A stretch of 55,267 nucleotides of DNA, the filler included, from Catajapyx aquilonaris (taxonomy: Eukaryota), in the NCBI GenBank assembly GCA_000934665.2. It is 2 parts of 2 records of this genome, joined end to end, with 100 filler letters (N's around TTAATTAATTAA, not from the genome) between each part and the next. Parts side by side here need not be neighbours in the genome. Positions count along the whole stretch, not along the records: positions 1 to 27,569 come from JYFJ02005041.1; 1 more part is not named here. One strand, written 5' to 3'. Every line of letters begins with the position of its first letter. The stretch's first letter is position 1. The translations under genes and the position numbers were made by a program. Under the pieces are notes generated by a model, which worked only from the letters and a program-made list of their open reading frames with translations, had not been told where the DNA came from and did no database searches. Positions 13,198 through 27,188 of this stretch are shown here, in pieces.

Positions 13198-13800
13198 AAT
13201 CAGTGAGAATTGCGACCTTACAGCAAGGTCGGATGACCTTCAATGCAGTCTGAAATATGACTCCATCTACCTAATGCAGGTTCGCTATGTTTAGCTCGTA
13301 TAACAGTAGCCCATGGTCTTATAATACTAAGGTCTGGTCACTACCTCTTATCGCCTGCCGGGGCTTTTTGCATGAGGTGCTCACTTGAGAACGCCATGAG
13401 ACCGCTTTTCACTGCTACATTATGTGACGGCCCTACCTACCGCGCTGAACTTTATAGGTACAAAAGGGAAGTGCTACATTGGGGGACCCAACATGGTCGC
13501 CGGCGGCCATGTTGGGCCCGCATGTAGCGGCTTCTCTTCTACCTAAGTTCAGCGCGGTCCGGTAGGGTCGCCACATAATGCAGCAGTGAAAGGAGGTCTC
13601 ATGGCGCTCTCAAGTGAGCACCTCATGCAAAAAGCCCCGGCAGGCGATGAGAGGTAGTGACCAGACCTTAGTATTATAAGACCATGGGCTACTGCTATAC
13701 GAGCTAAACATAGCGAACCTGCATTAGGTAGATGGAGTCATATTTCAGACTGCATTGAAGGTCATCCGACCTTGCTGTAAGATCACAATTCCCACTGATT
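13198..13800. mobile_element. About 600-bp spacerless palindrome (MITE/foldback)
   Basis: AATCAGTGAGAATTGCGACCTTACAGCAAGG... pairs with ...CCTTGCTGTAAGATCACAATTCCCACTGATT; centre ACATGGTCGCC|GGCGGCCATGT at 13501/13502. Confidence 0.9.
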
Positions 13801-15516
13801 AGAACCACATATTTGTATGAACATATATAAACACGCCGCATTATGTTGCTGGGGTGACGGGTAACTTGATAAAGTGAAGGAAATTAACACATAAATTAAT
13901 CGTGGCTCTTCCATCTGATGAATTTGTGGACCTAATCAATGCAAATGTTAATTATACGACATAGGTTATACGGAATGTTATGGGAAAAGGGATTGCAATG
14001 CGTAAACCACATGCCTTTGTTACCCCTCTGATAAAGCGTAGAGGTTTTGTAATCATTAACAGCCGCCAATTCATCTTTGTGTACCTTTGTGTACAATGCA
14101 TGATACACATTACACCCTCTCCCCAACTCTACACTCAAAATGTGGAAAAGCCTTTAGGCACTTCATTCGTTCAGTGCAGGTAGGATATAGGGTTACATGG
14201 GGAAATTTTTACTTCACCGCGTTATATATACTTCTCTTTTGACGTCATTGCATATGTGCCATTTTTAGTACGGCGTAATGGAGTATTTTTTAATTAATTG
14301 CCGTCACTTTTTAAAGCCAAATGTCATTTTTAAATATGAGTTGAGATCCAATCATGTTTCAATCTCCGAGAGCGATACCGGTACCCGTTATAGCCATCTG
14401 CACGTGCATGAACTTGGAGTGAGGGCTATATTCCCAGAGAGTTTCGTTCGCAACTCGCCTGCTTCATCTATTATTTTTGAACCATCGTTTGCACTTTGTA
14501 ATTAGCGAAGGCTTATTATTAGCCACCATTTTTACCACACAAATGAAGCCCGGATAAATGGAGAGTCTTTCCTTTCTGAATGGTGTCGCCATTCATATCG
14601 TTAGGAGATTAATTATGTCATGTACGCTGCAAACAAATTCTCGGCTGGCTGAATTACAAGAACTTTGTAAGTAGCACAATTAGCAGTGAAATCAAAGCGA
14701 TAATAAAATTAAGGTGCAGCCACCCTCATTTCCTCTACACCCTTTTCACTGGGTACCATAGAGGTTTTTGCTTATTTGTCGAGTGCCTGCGGAGGTTGCT
14801 ATATCGCAATCATCCCTTCCTCGCATATCATATCCTCCCTCTCTCAGAGGCACCCCTGCAGTTCTGGCTTTGTTACCCTTCAAGTTTGTTGAAACGGAAA
14901 ACTTTAATAATAATTGCAGTGCCCTCCTCGTTAGAGATTAAACGTCCACTAGCCCACAATGTAGCCTACTGTAGCATGAATTGTTAAAGCACTGCTTTAC
15001 ACATTCACCAGGTTGGAGAGATTGTATTTTCAAAGAATTCTGACATTTTCCACCGCTTACACATAATTAGTCCCTCTGCATAGCCTTTCCTCATTGCCTT
15101 AAATTTATAGACTGTATTGGTTTACCTCCGGGTGTATATAGATGGGTACACCGGTACGAAGTCAGATGAAATATGTAGAGCCCTTCACACGCGGTTTCTG
15201 CAGAAGTTCTGTAAGCATTATCTCCATGGCGACCAAGGAGGAGGGTTTTCAGTCCTCCAAGACATTTTAAAGAACAAGCTCTAAATTCTGGCTAATATCC
15301 AATCATCAGATTAGGTAAGAAGTATACTCGGCAAGTTATTATTAATTACCTCGGTGTTACTGTACACGATTGGGTTTTGCCAGAAATGAGGTCTCAACAT
15401 TTTAGAAAGATCGATGAAACAAGGCCATGAAATTTTCAGGTCAGAATTTGCCTTCAGGGTAGAAATGAGTCCTATCAAAAATTTTAAGGCTTTTAATTAG
15501 GCAAATGGACTTATTA

Positions 15517-15800
15517 CAGTGAGCCCTCGTTATTCGCGGTTCAAAATGTTAAATCAATATGCCATTTTAAATTTAAAAATACAACGTGTATTCTTCTTAC
15601 AGTACAGTACTGTATTGTTATAATTATCCTACAAGTATTTTATTGTTAATTATTTCTGTTCATGTCTTAATGCTTATTATTTTGTAATTTAAACATCATA
15701 TTTATGTAGTCTGCGTGTGTTAAAACGTATATTTTATATGGTTCGGTACTATCTGCGGGGGACTTGGTACCAATTACCCGCGGATGACCAGACTGCAGTG
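15517..15800. mobile_element. Degenerate pogo/Tigger-like MITE
   Basis: TA|CAGTGAGCCCTCGTTATTCGCGG ... CCGCGGATGACCAGACTGCAGTG|TA; imperfect TIRs with TA flanks. Confidence 0.45.
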
Positions 15801-18115
15801 TATTGCATTTCAAGCAAAACACTTTTCTTCTTCACAAAAATGTCTGGCGTAAGCGACACAAATAGGACATCTCATGGGATAAACACTCAAGTACGATGCA
15901 GTTGATTGTATACCTTCAGTAATATTTTTCTTTCTAAACCGTCTTCCAAAAGCAGCTTAACCGAGCGAGTTATCTGGACTTGTCCAGCGACAGCCACTTT
16001 GGAAATTACGCTATAATCCGTAAAAAAAAAGAAACAAATTTCTGCCTGAAGAGCTGTAAAAAAGGAGAGAAAGAAATGGAGAGAGTCTGAAGGAAAGGAA
16101 AGGGAAAAAAAGTATCGATATTTTAAAGGATATTTGCGCAGCTGTTGGCTGGTCCTCCGCTGCCATCTCGGGATGACGAATGGCGTTGGTCCATTCATCA
16201 ATTCTTACAAGTGTCACAAGCAAGAAAATGGGAAGGCGAACCGCAGTTGGACGAGATGAGCTGCAGCAGCCCCTCTCCACCCGCCGCGATATTACACTTA
16301 TATTACAAGGTTCCCCAAAAAATTTCTGCGAGTCTCTGACCGACCCGGCTTAGTCTGCCGGAACTTTTACCACCAATTCTAACATGACCAATGACGGGAA
16401 TTAATTCTGAATCAATTTCTAACTGCGGGAATGGAACGTAATTCACTTGAAGTGCAAGAAGAATATTGAATTAAGCAGGACGTGAATAGAATAGGATCTA
16501 ATAGGAGTGGAATAAAACAGAATGATGAGTGATCAAGAATATGTTGACAATCATTTGAAATGTCACCTTGTTTATACCGGCTTCATGACGATAGGCTGTC
16601 AAAACGTTAATTTTTATCTAATGTCCAGCTATAAAATGAGCAATTAAAAACTCATTTTTAAAATTGCAATGTTGTATAGGACCACATTTGGAGGGATGGG
16701 AGGACGGAACCAAGAGGGGGGAGATGACTGACTGGCATCAACAAAGAACCACTGTAAACATGTAAACTTTTGTTGATGGCAATAGCTTTGCAGTAGGAAC
16801 GTCCGGAATAGCTGAAAAGAAAGTTCTTTCTTATACTATGTTACAATCTTGTTTGTTACGCTTCGAATATTTGGGTCAATCAAATCGATTTGGTCGTTAT
16901 GTTCATCCACCAATCAGCACTCATTGCTGTATCACACAGTGCCACAAAAACAACGACGCCCGTGTAAACCCTGCTTATAGGGTGGATACTATAATCATAT
17001 TTCGAGCAAAGACCCAGGGCGAAAGTGGGTGAAAAGACGCGAATAAAGCAAGAGCCCTGCACTTCTGTAGAGGTAAGTCCAGAAACAATATTCTGGTCCA
17101 CTTTGGTCGATTCCAGCCCAAGTGGCTTGGTAAGAAAGAAAAAGTCTTTATGGAAAGTTGTGTAAGAGAATGGAATTGGGCGTGGGCAAAAGGAAGGAGA
17201 TGATGGCCATACAAGGCGCCGCATTTTTTCAATGTTTTTTTTTTCTCCTTTCTTTTTTCTTGAAGAGACGGAGTTTTTCGGATATAGAATGACAGCTCCT
17301 TCCAGCACAGCGGCTGTCCACTGGGGCCTTCGTTCCCCGAACTAAATCTCTTTCATATTATCGAACATTATTTCTACCACCTGCGCCAGGCTGAAAATTG
17401 CCCGCTTCGTGATCGAACGGCTTCTATAAGGAGAACTTCTGCCATCTCCCAGGTTATATTTCCTCCTGAGCTGGGAATAAAATACGCCTGTGCACCATGC
17501 ATTTCCCCCCATTTTATATTACGTACGTAGGTATATACGGGCACTAATCGGAGAAATTGTCGGAAACAGAAGTCTTAATCGCAAAATGCGGGAAATTTTC
17601 AAGCTCATTGAAGTCAAAACTGGTAGTAAGTTTATCTAAGCTTGTATGGTGTCAATCATGGCTGGAAAAAAAAAATTTCATGGGAGGCGACAGGAGGGTT
17701 GTTCGACATAAAGATAATGCTGGAAAATGACTGCCGCCATTCGCGATTGCCATAGGATTGCAGGGGGATTATAGTAACCATAATTTTTACGCCGAATGCA
17801 TGTTGTCATCACTCACCCTGTTTCGTGGATTACAGAATGAAGATTGCACCAAGTGCCGATAACATCTTTACTGCCTCCGCTACAACCAATTTCACATTCG
17901 AAAGGATTTATTGCACATGTACTGTACGGCTTTGTGCAACGTAATTTAACGTGGCGTGTTTGAAACATCCCACCTCCCTTGCTGCTAGACGGAGATTATT
18001 TACATGAATTTTCGACTACGATCCTGTGTTATAATGTAACTTCCTATCTCAGCAACAATTATTGAGAAACCGCATTTTATTATATTGTCAACACCTGCGT
18101 AGCCGGACCAGTCGC

Positions 18116-18426
18116 TGTTGTGTTAGGAGGGAGCTATTGGAAGACTCGACTAGGCTTTGGAATGCCCTTTATCAAGTTTAATGTCAATACACTACTATGG
18201 ATACATAGTAACTATACAACATCCCCCCTTCTCTGGAGGTCAAAAGCCCATCCTGACAGGAGGCCTCACCAGTCTCTTCGGGGGCGTGGGTTCGTATCCC
18301 ACCGCTGCCACCATGTTGTGTTAGAAGGGAGCTATTGAAAGACTCGACTAGAATTTGGAATGTCATCTATAAAGTATAATCAACAATGTAAATACACTAC
18401 TATGGATACATAGTAACTATACAGCA
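18116..18426 (-). mobile_element. TRIM (miniature non-autonomous LTR retrotransposon), 311 bp
   Basis: Direct repeats TG...CA at 18116-18221 and 18314-18426. PBS complementary to the tRNA-Leu 3' end next to the 5' LTR. PPT (CCAGAGAAGGGGGGA, 18222-18236) next to the 3' LTR. 5-bp TSD GTCGC (18111-18115) / GTCAC (18427-18431). Confidence 0.9.
18267..18313 (+). other. 3' part of tRNA-Leu including CCA, forming an extended primer-binding site of the TRIM
   Basis: CACCAGTCTCTTCGGGGGCGTGGGTTCGTATCCCACCGCTGCCACCA: long variable arm, T-arm, acceptor 3' strand and CCA, matching the metazoan tRNA-Leu(AAG-type) 3' half as I recall it. Confidence 0.85.
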
Positions 18427-18500
18427 GTCACCAAAAGATTTCATTGTGACTAGGTGTACTGTGTATACTAGTCATCGCTGGCTACCCATTATGGGATTAA

Positions 18501-18640
18501 AGGTGCCTTTACATGTGAGCAATTTGACGAGCGAAATCTTCGCCGGGGCTGATATTAACAATCGATTTTCGCCTTAAACCATATTAGTTACTTGAGTTAC
18601 TCAGCCTCGGCGAAGACTTCGCTCACATGTAAACGCACCT
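18501..18640. mobile_element. PIF/Harbinger (Tourist-like) MITE, 140 bp
   Basis: TAA|AGGTGCCTTTACATGTGAGC ... GCTCACATGTAAACGCACCT; internal inverted repeat CTTCGCCGGGGCTGA/TCAGCCTCGGCGAAG. Confidence 0.65.
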
Positions 18641-21600
18641 TTTGCCGTGATGTTATTATGACAACACCTGAAACCATCCAGCTTTCTCCATATATGTTTT
18701 TTGGAGAAATCTGTAAATCACTGCGATGTATATAGGTAAGAAATGGTAGGGGACGGAAAGGAAGCTGGAGAAAATTAAAGTGGTTTCATTCCAATCTGAG
18801 GGATGCCTTTAGTCTGTGGAGAACGACAGCTTGGTTCAATCGGCAGCCAAACGGAGGGAATGGAACGTGGCTTGGAGCAGAAAAGTTGAAGACAGAACGG
18901 TCTTCTTCCTACGAAGATCGATCGCGAGCAATCCGTCGTAAAATGCATGATAAGGAATCGCTGGATGCAGTTTCCGCCCGAGTCTCGTCTTTTCAATGTG
19001 CCGTTGCACGGCAGGAAGTTGGGACCGAGCCCCATTAGAAAAAGATAGGGAAAGGCGAGGCGGATTATTATTGACTATTGTTGAGGCAAAAAGAGGGGGA
19101 GACGAGCCAGGGGAGCAGGATCTGGAGCCGATGCTTCCAACAATCAGGATCCTTTTCTAATCACTCTTGCCTGAAGACAAAAGCTAGACGTGCTGTACCT
19201 GTACCTCATCAATCAAGTATTGAACACCAGTTTATCCCTACTCGCACTGACATTAGACTACTGTTTAATCAATTAACGGTGCATTGCGTGCACTCGTTGC
19301 TTGGGAGAGATAAAGTTGGTGGTATGGCGTATTGGCAGTGTACCTAGTCAGCAAAAAGTTAGGGTGAGAAGCAGCCGAGTAACTTCCCAAAAGCCTGGGG
19401 CGAAACGTGCTCTGCGATTATACTTTATGTTCATGTCGGCTGATTACAGTGAGTAGATTGAGGGTAGATAGTACCTTATTAGAAGTGACACCAGCTTGTT
19501 TGTTGTCAGATGCAGGACAATGTTGTGGACATACAAGTGAAACATAGTCTTAAAAGTCAGTTTCGAGATAATGGGGGCAAAAAATTGAATTTGCACTTGC
19601 TTACATGAAGTGAAGGCAGAGAAATAATCCTGGCTCATTATGAATCTTTAGGCTATAAAGCATAGAAAATACTACTTTTCGGTCTAAAAAACTCAAAACC
19701 GACAGAACTGAACTTCGTGGATTTCTCCTGCATGACGCTATGATGTAAATCGTATAAAATTATGATCAAGTACGACCGGCTTCTTCAATTAATAATGTCA
19801 TTAGTTCAGAATCCTGAAGTGCGGAAATGGTTAAAAATTTCGTAGCCGAGGCAGTCTTTGTAACTAGTCTATTAAAGGAGAGTGGCGAAAATAGTAGAAT
19901 AGTCATACTTGTTGACGCGATAGGGACACTTAGAATAATTATCTGTGAGAAACCTTCACATGAAAAATATATTTATGCTGTATAATTGCTGGCGTAGTCA
20001 TCGCCTAAAAGCGGCTTAGTAAATGAATAAAATAAAGGCGTTGGTATGAACATACTCTAGAGACTGAGCAATCCATAAGGCTCTACACTATAGTTTGGAG
20101 GAGCTTCAATCTTTTTCATGAGAGAACTTGATGCGGAATTTAAAGACTTGAAATGCAGAACGATCAGCGGCACATTTTGGTCAGAACCTTGTTGATAGTA
20201 ATACGATACTTCTAATGAATAGCTACGCCGCTGGGTAAAAATTCGAATCTGAAGCATTTTCGTGGACACTTTGATGATGCATTGCTGAAACCCCTGCATA
20301 GTACGCGGTTTAGGAAGGGTAGCAGTGAGTGCTTGTAAGAGATCGAGAGGCGTTACACTTCGCGCTTAAAACTACGCCTCTTCCATGTGATTCCCGGTGC
20401 CGGACACTCCTATTTTACTCCAATTTTTGCCGGAACTGAAAACGGTAGTGGCCTAGGTCCGTGATGGCTTGCAAAACAAAAAAAAACAAAGCGTATGGAG
20501 CAGGTAATTAATCAGGCCAGCTTATAACGTTAGTCGTGGGACAGGATCCGTGTACCATTAAGTACCGTCACCACTTTTGTATTGACATCGTGCAGCTGAA
20601 TTGATAGGACTTGTTTTTGTGTGGGCCGCGCGAGAGGGCTGATTAATGGATATCCGCTGAAGCCTTGTTTGTATCAGCCCTGTGACTAAAAGGGTTCATC
20701 ATTCGTATAAGCCTATTAGAAGTGTGAGCATAGCGAATGGATGGGACTTTGGGAGTAGCTAGCCGAGTCAAGAGCTCTTCTTAACCTCTCCAAGCCCGTT
20801 ACGAATCCCATGTCTTCTCTTTTATCCCCTGCTCTCTCACCTCCACTTGGACTGCGACTTATGGCTTATGTGAGTGCCAGGTTTTTAGACCTTTAAAAAG
20901 TGAATATACCTTTTGCTGTCAAAATAGTTCAATGACATTTTTGCATAGTGATGTGAGGACTACAGCACATATTTTGGAATACAGACTACTTAGCAATGGT
21001 GATTGCAGAGCAGAAGAATGCGGTATTTATAGTGAGATTCAAACGATGTGAAGACATCGAAATTGAGCTGGCATAATACAGGGTATTCAAAGTTCGTGGA
21101 TAGTTTTTTTTAAATAACTGACAATATCGTCCGAAGCAGTTATTTATGTGTAGCTTGTTGTGCCCCGATCCAGGTGCCTCAATACTATCAGGTGGTCGAA
21201 TGGTAGCAGTGGTTATTGAATCGGACACCTGGTTAGGGTCGCAGCAATCTACAAAAATAACAGATTTGAGCGAAATTTCCTATACTTATAACTATTATAA
21301 AAGGCCCCACGAACTTGGAACACCATGTGTATTACTCTAATAGTATTTTCTAATGGTTCTGATAAATACATTACATCTTAGTAGAGAAACGGTTGAAAAA
21401 AAATCACACGTGTAGTAATGCAACGTTCAAAAAATTCTAATACGATATTGGTCAAACGTAACTTTTTATAGTTTCTAATATGAGGATGTGCTCGTATACA
21501 TTCAATATAACCCCAGTTTTTGTACGAGAATATGAGTGCTATAGGACGAGATAGTTTTTCTGCTTAAATCCCGTGCGTTTGTCCGCTCAGTATAAGACTG

Positions 21601-24600
21601 TATAATATCAAAGGGGGGAGACGGTCTTAGGGCAAGAGCACGGACTGAGAGCTTCTATATGTTGGGATCATAACAGAGTCTGGCCCCATCTCTGGCTGGA
21701 TGTTTGGGGAAGAGGGACTAAATAATAAACTGGCCCAGGTTATGTACCCTGCCTTATTTTAATGGGACTTAAAGCGGTGGTAAGGGGGAGAATATCATCT
21801 AACCCATTATTTTGATCCCAATCTGAAAGTAAGAGGGGCGGACAATGAGGGTAAGGGGAACAAATTAACCGATGCGTGATTTTGAATGATATGGACGTGA
21901 GAAGGATATGGCAGCGATGACGGCATTAATTTATGGAGTTGAATTTTTCAAGGTTATTATACTAATAATTATTTTAAAATTTGATGCTAATTGTACAACA
22001 GCAGGGTGTATAACTTCTATTGTAAAACATATTCGATGATTAGTTGCTAGGTTGTGCACTGTCACTGTAGCGTACAATATTGTACATCCTGAAGTGGTCA
22101 TCTGCTGCTCATTTTCTTATCTCGGAGTCACACGCGTTCAAATACTAAGCTGGAAACTGCTTTATTGACGATGAAAAGTAGTACATCGGAATATCCCTCT
22201 GAAGTTAATGAAAATGAGAATCTTTAAACCCATATTTCACGATCAATTTTAGCCACGTGTAGGTCTGTTCGCCAATGCAGAATACTATTCAATTACTGCA
22301 AAAGTTGTAGAGAGGAAAGTTTGACAAACGCCGTGATTAACCCGAACCCCCTACCTAATCTAAAATTTGACTTGACCTATTGCATGCGCCCTACCCAATC
22401 CCAGTACTAAGCAACGCATGATGAATCAATCAGAGGCAGAAATAGCAAAAGGGGGCAGTGGAAGATTGACTGGTGGGTTGGTAATTGTGCCATCCATTTC
22501 GGACGCGAGATGCCCATTTTCCAGCCCACTTGGTTTGCTGACGACATCATGCAAGCGCATAACCCTGCAATCCTTCCAGATGAAATAAGGAGTCCGCGGA
22601 GAAAAATGAGAAAAAGAAGAAGAAGAGTTGCGGAGCCCCAACTGGCGTTGGTTCGTGAGGCGCCTGGATATCACAACGATAGCAGAGCTCAACCCTCCTC
22701 CTCAACCCCCCATCCTTCCCAACTCAACCTCATTTCATTCCACGCCCTTGTTTTCGAGCGAGTATTTTCTCACTATTCGTACCCTTACTAATGCATGCTC
22801 TATGTGACGGGTATATTGCACTGATTTGATTAGAATCTTTCCCGGATATGGATTTTCTTTTTCGAAAAAAAAAATGAGCTGGTTAGATGGGGAAGGCAGC
22901 CATTTCTCTGCCGCTGCGTGACGCTGCTGTATTAGCAAGCTCCCTCCTGTTTAGTATGGCGTCATGTGGGAAACGAACAGTTGTTGATTTTTATAACAAC
23001 GAAATGTGCTAAGCATTCTTATAAACTGTAACCGCAATTAAATGCAAGTCGTTACCATTTTTCTGCCAACCAAACATACGAGTAATGTCCAAACGCTTCA
23101 GAGAAGTAGAAACTTTTTGTCGTAGTTGCCAGTGTCGCGTGGCAAAAGGAAAGAAAACTTGGCCGACGTCGGAAGATGGCACCATGAAAAACGATCGGTG
23201 AAGCCATTTACGTCATCTTCAATAGCATTTGGGACTAGGATTTCGGCAGCAAGTTAAGAAGCAAAAAAATGACAGCTAGTTTTTATGAAGACTGATGACG
23301 ACCAGGATTGCTGGCATACATGCAAAGATGATGGAAAAGTAAACAGGAGACTGTGTCCTTTCAGAAAGTAGTCAGTTTGCGGTCCCGGAGTCCCCCCTCG
23401 CCCCCTCTTCCTTCTACCCCTGGTTCTTCATCATTATGCATCTAGGCCCAGAGAGAGCCTGGACAAAAACTTTGCAGTGTCGTGCAGTAATCGATGTTCC
23501 AATTTCGCTCCAGAAGCTTTGCTGGGGATTGCTTTTTTTCCTCTTCTTCTTACCTCTGCCTGCCTCCTCAATAACAAAAGAAGAGGAGGCCATTCCAGGT
23601 GCAACTCAACTGTAGACCTTTTCTAAAAGCACCTTAACTGCACTGTACTTTTCCCAGCCGACCTGCCACAGCTTTTCTATGAAAACTGAATGTAAGCTCT
23701 CACCCTTGTCCCTCCTTCCGCCACCCCACTACCACCGCAGCTCTTCCATTGATTGTTCCAGGATGGACAAGAGAACCCCAGGGGTTAGGGATTTGATCAA
23801 AGTCGCAGGCAGATCTCACGCCGGAGTCGGGGGACAAAGTGGCCTCTCCTTTAAGTTGCACAGCATCCAGGACCGTATCAAGCCCAACGTTACGTGACAT
23901 CTGACCAGAGTAATCTACTATTTCCAAGTCGCTTGCAAACGTCTGGAGACCGGAGCAGTACAGAACTTATGTAATGTCGTGTGACATTACATGTCCTTCA
24001 TGGCAGAATTACTATATGTTATTGATCTTGTCCGTTCTAGTTTAGTGGAACTCGTAATGTGACAAAAATATATCTCTAGGTAGTGAACAAAGACACGATC
24101 CCCTTAGGCGTAGCAGGTAGTGGTCGAGGTGAAAGAAGTATCGTAGACTGTTATCGCGATGTAGATAATTGAAGGGTTCTCTGCAATAAGAAGGTGCCTT
24201 CTTTATAGCTTTTTCGCTTTAAAACTCTGGAAAATATTTTTAACTACCTACTGCAAAGATCTCTAAGGCGTAAGGCCTACGTGGCGCCTTTATGTGGTAA
24301 AAATGCTAATGACACAAGCCTTGCACCTGTATCTGAGCATATAGTAGGTAGGTGGCGCCACCGCGGTGGCTTACAATAACCCGATTATTTCAGTAAATGT
24401 GCATACCACATATATGAAAATGGTGGCTTTCAATTCTAAATGGTACGGATCATCCGGTAATAGCATCCAAAAAATATCCGATTAAAATTATGTGTCATGT
24501 TGGCAGGTGAAAGTTTGTGACCCTTGACACGAGCCTAATAGACTTGAAATTTCAGAATATTTTTGAAGTAATCCCCTATTCATAACCTTTCAGTTATGTA

Positions 24601-25635
24601 AGTTTCATTGTTGTATTCATATTAGGCTCCAAGAAATCAAATAAATAAGACGCCCGGGTGCGCCTCCCATAGGGATCTCTGCAAGAAGGTAAATGAAATT
24701 TCTAAGTATATTTATTTCTTTAAAACAAAGTGTGCTAGGTAACATGTTTCACATGACTGTATTTGATGAGACTTTATGGTATCTTCAAATGATTCACATA
24801 TACCAACACTACCTTCTATTTTAGTCGAATTTTCACGAAATCAAAATGTTCAAGTGCGTTTTTCTCAAAACGAATCATTTTCACTTACCTTCTTATTGCA
24901 GAGAACCCTTCAATTGCACTCTTTGTTTAATGCTAATTTATCTAGTAACATGCTTGCTGACATTAACCTAGAAGTTTGTGGAATAATTTATAAAACACCT
25001 TGTATATAAGGTTGTAGGCTATATGTAAAGCTTTGAAGGTAATTATAAAGCAAAATTAATGCTTTAGTTATGCAGTATATGTAGGTGCTCATTACACAAT
25101 TTGCTTAAGAGTTCCTCCTGCTTTATTAATAGACCCTATGAAAATCCAAAAAGTGAGTGCACTTTACATACCTAATGCTTACAGTATTTAAAACTAAAAC
25201 ATGCCCAAATTATGACCTTGCTTTTGACCTATAAACGAGAAATACAGCAGACGAAGAGGTGGAATAATGCTGGAGAGGATATGCTCAGTGAAGGTTATTC
25301 AAGCATTGCGGTGTTATACGGTAATTTACAATTTCACACATTTTTACTGTGGAATTAAATAATTATGCACTACAATGAAACAGTGAATTATAGCTGGTAT
25401 CTTTAAACAAAATATACCTATGTATTAATACATTATTCAGAAAATTTGCAATAACCACCCCCCCCCCTCCCACCCACACACCCAAAAAACCTCATGTTTT
25501 TATAACAAGTGCGAAGCAGTGATTACAAATGATGATGTGGTTTTGTTTGAAAAGCGGAAATGCAAATTGCTTCTAATTTTATGAAACAATTTTGCCCCTA
25601 CAGTACTGATACTCTTTACTATTCGACACACACTA

Positions 25636-26200
25636 CAGGGTGTCCACAATGAACCTTCCTTAGTTTAACCTTGCTATCAATACGCAAGTTACTGGACAAT
25701 TGTGTCGAAATTGTACAAATGAGAAGGGACACTCATCAAGTTTATGTAAAAAAAAAATCAGTAGCCTTCCACATGTGATCATATTGTAGTAACAAGCACA
25801 ATTTTAAGGCAATAATTTCCCACCCCGAGGTGCTTTCCAGCATGTCTGGGGTGATGGCGGACACGTCATTATTTGAGTTGTCCACTTTAGTTGCATAGAC
25901 TCTGTCTTGTAATGTGAAAAAGCGAAATGTCCAGCAAGTTTAGCACTTCTGTGATCGACTTCAGTCTCGCTAACCACCACACATCTTGCGTGTTTTCCCT
26001 TTGTACAGTAGATGCTTTGTTGGCATCTTTCGCCAGCATCCCCCCACAGGAGCACCACCACAGCATAATAGGCTGTTTAAAAAATTCAAAATTAGACTTG
26101 TAGAGTCTCCAGACAGTTTAAACAACCAAAACCTTAAATACCTCCCCATGTCTATTTTTTACTGCTCTTTGAAACTAAGGACGTTCATTGTGGAACCCTG
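25636..26200. mobile_element. Tc1/mariner non-autonomous element, 565 bp
   Basis: TA|CAGGGTGTCCACAATGAACCTTCCTTAGTTT ... AAACTAAGGACGTTCATTGTGGAACCCTG|TA; TA TSD on both sides. Confidence 0.85.
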
Positions 26201-26847
26201 TATTTAACAGTGAAAAATCCCGCGCTCCACGTGTCACCAGATAGAAAGGTATACAACCTGGCCACAGTATTTACCCATAACTGGCAGAGTAGGCCTACTG
26301 TGTATTTGAATAAAATGAAAAATATTGTCTTAGAAATATTCTGAATTTGACATTATATCCCTATATGTTAAATATTTTAAAACGACCCATGGAACGTTGG
26401 TGTGATGACGCATAACGTTTAAGAAATGCATTATCAAGTGAATAAGCTCTCACGAGACATTTTGGGTTCGTCTTTATCTCTTAAGCCAACAAATTAATAC
26501 TGGCGTAAAATAATGAGACAGTCAAGGGATGAGTTGGAAAATGCGTTTTCAATACATTTCACTTAGAAGACAGTATTAAGAGGAGCAATCAGCTGAGCAA
26601 TATTAAAGTTGCGAGTCGCTGGGGTGCGCCTGTTTTTTTTTTTAAAGTTTGGTTATGTTTCGCGGGCTCTTGGAACATGTTTCAGGTACTGTTCAGTGTA
26701 AGTAGGTACCAATCGAGCGCCCTCCCACGCAAACAGTTCTTAGGCCTACTCCAGTTTCAAATGGGTTACCGTATCTTATTAACTAACTTCCAGAGGGTTT
26801 CACTAACTGTAAGTAGAAAAGTTTCGAGTGGGAATGTGCATGGACAT

Positions 26848-27188
26848 TTTTTTACCCTGTGATGTCCCTTACGGGAGCTATAGGGGGGTGGCATACCACC
26901 ATCAGTTTTCTGTATATATTTTCACTTCATTCACCAGTGCAAGGAAACAGGGACAATGGGAAAGGACAGGGATTTTTGGGGAGGGAACATGGGTGCAAGG
27001 TGCAATGTCGTAGCTAATGGGTCATGTGCTGTTCCCCATATATGAGGTTAGGTTGCCAGACACCTCCTTGGTGCAGGTCAGAGACCCTCCTGACGCAGGT
27101 GAAAGGAAAGTTCCCCAGGCGGGGATCGAACCTGGTGCCTTTCACTCAGCAAGCCGAGACGTTACCATCACAGCCACCACACCTCCCC
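26848..27188 (-). mobile_element. Full-length tRNA-derived SINE, 341 bp
   Basis: Minus-strand head GGGGAGGTGTGGTGGCTGTGATGG (A box) ... GGTTCGATCCCC (B box); short A tail; 13-bp TSD TGTGCATGGACAT at 26835-26847 and 27189-27201. Confidence 0.88.

Noticed and set aside
18267..18313. Functional tRNA-Leu gene
   Set aside because: The 5' half (D-arm, anticodon) is absent, CCA is encoded, and it lies between two LTRs at the PBS position.
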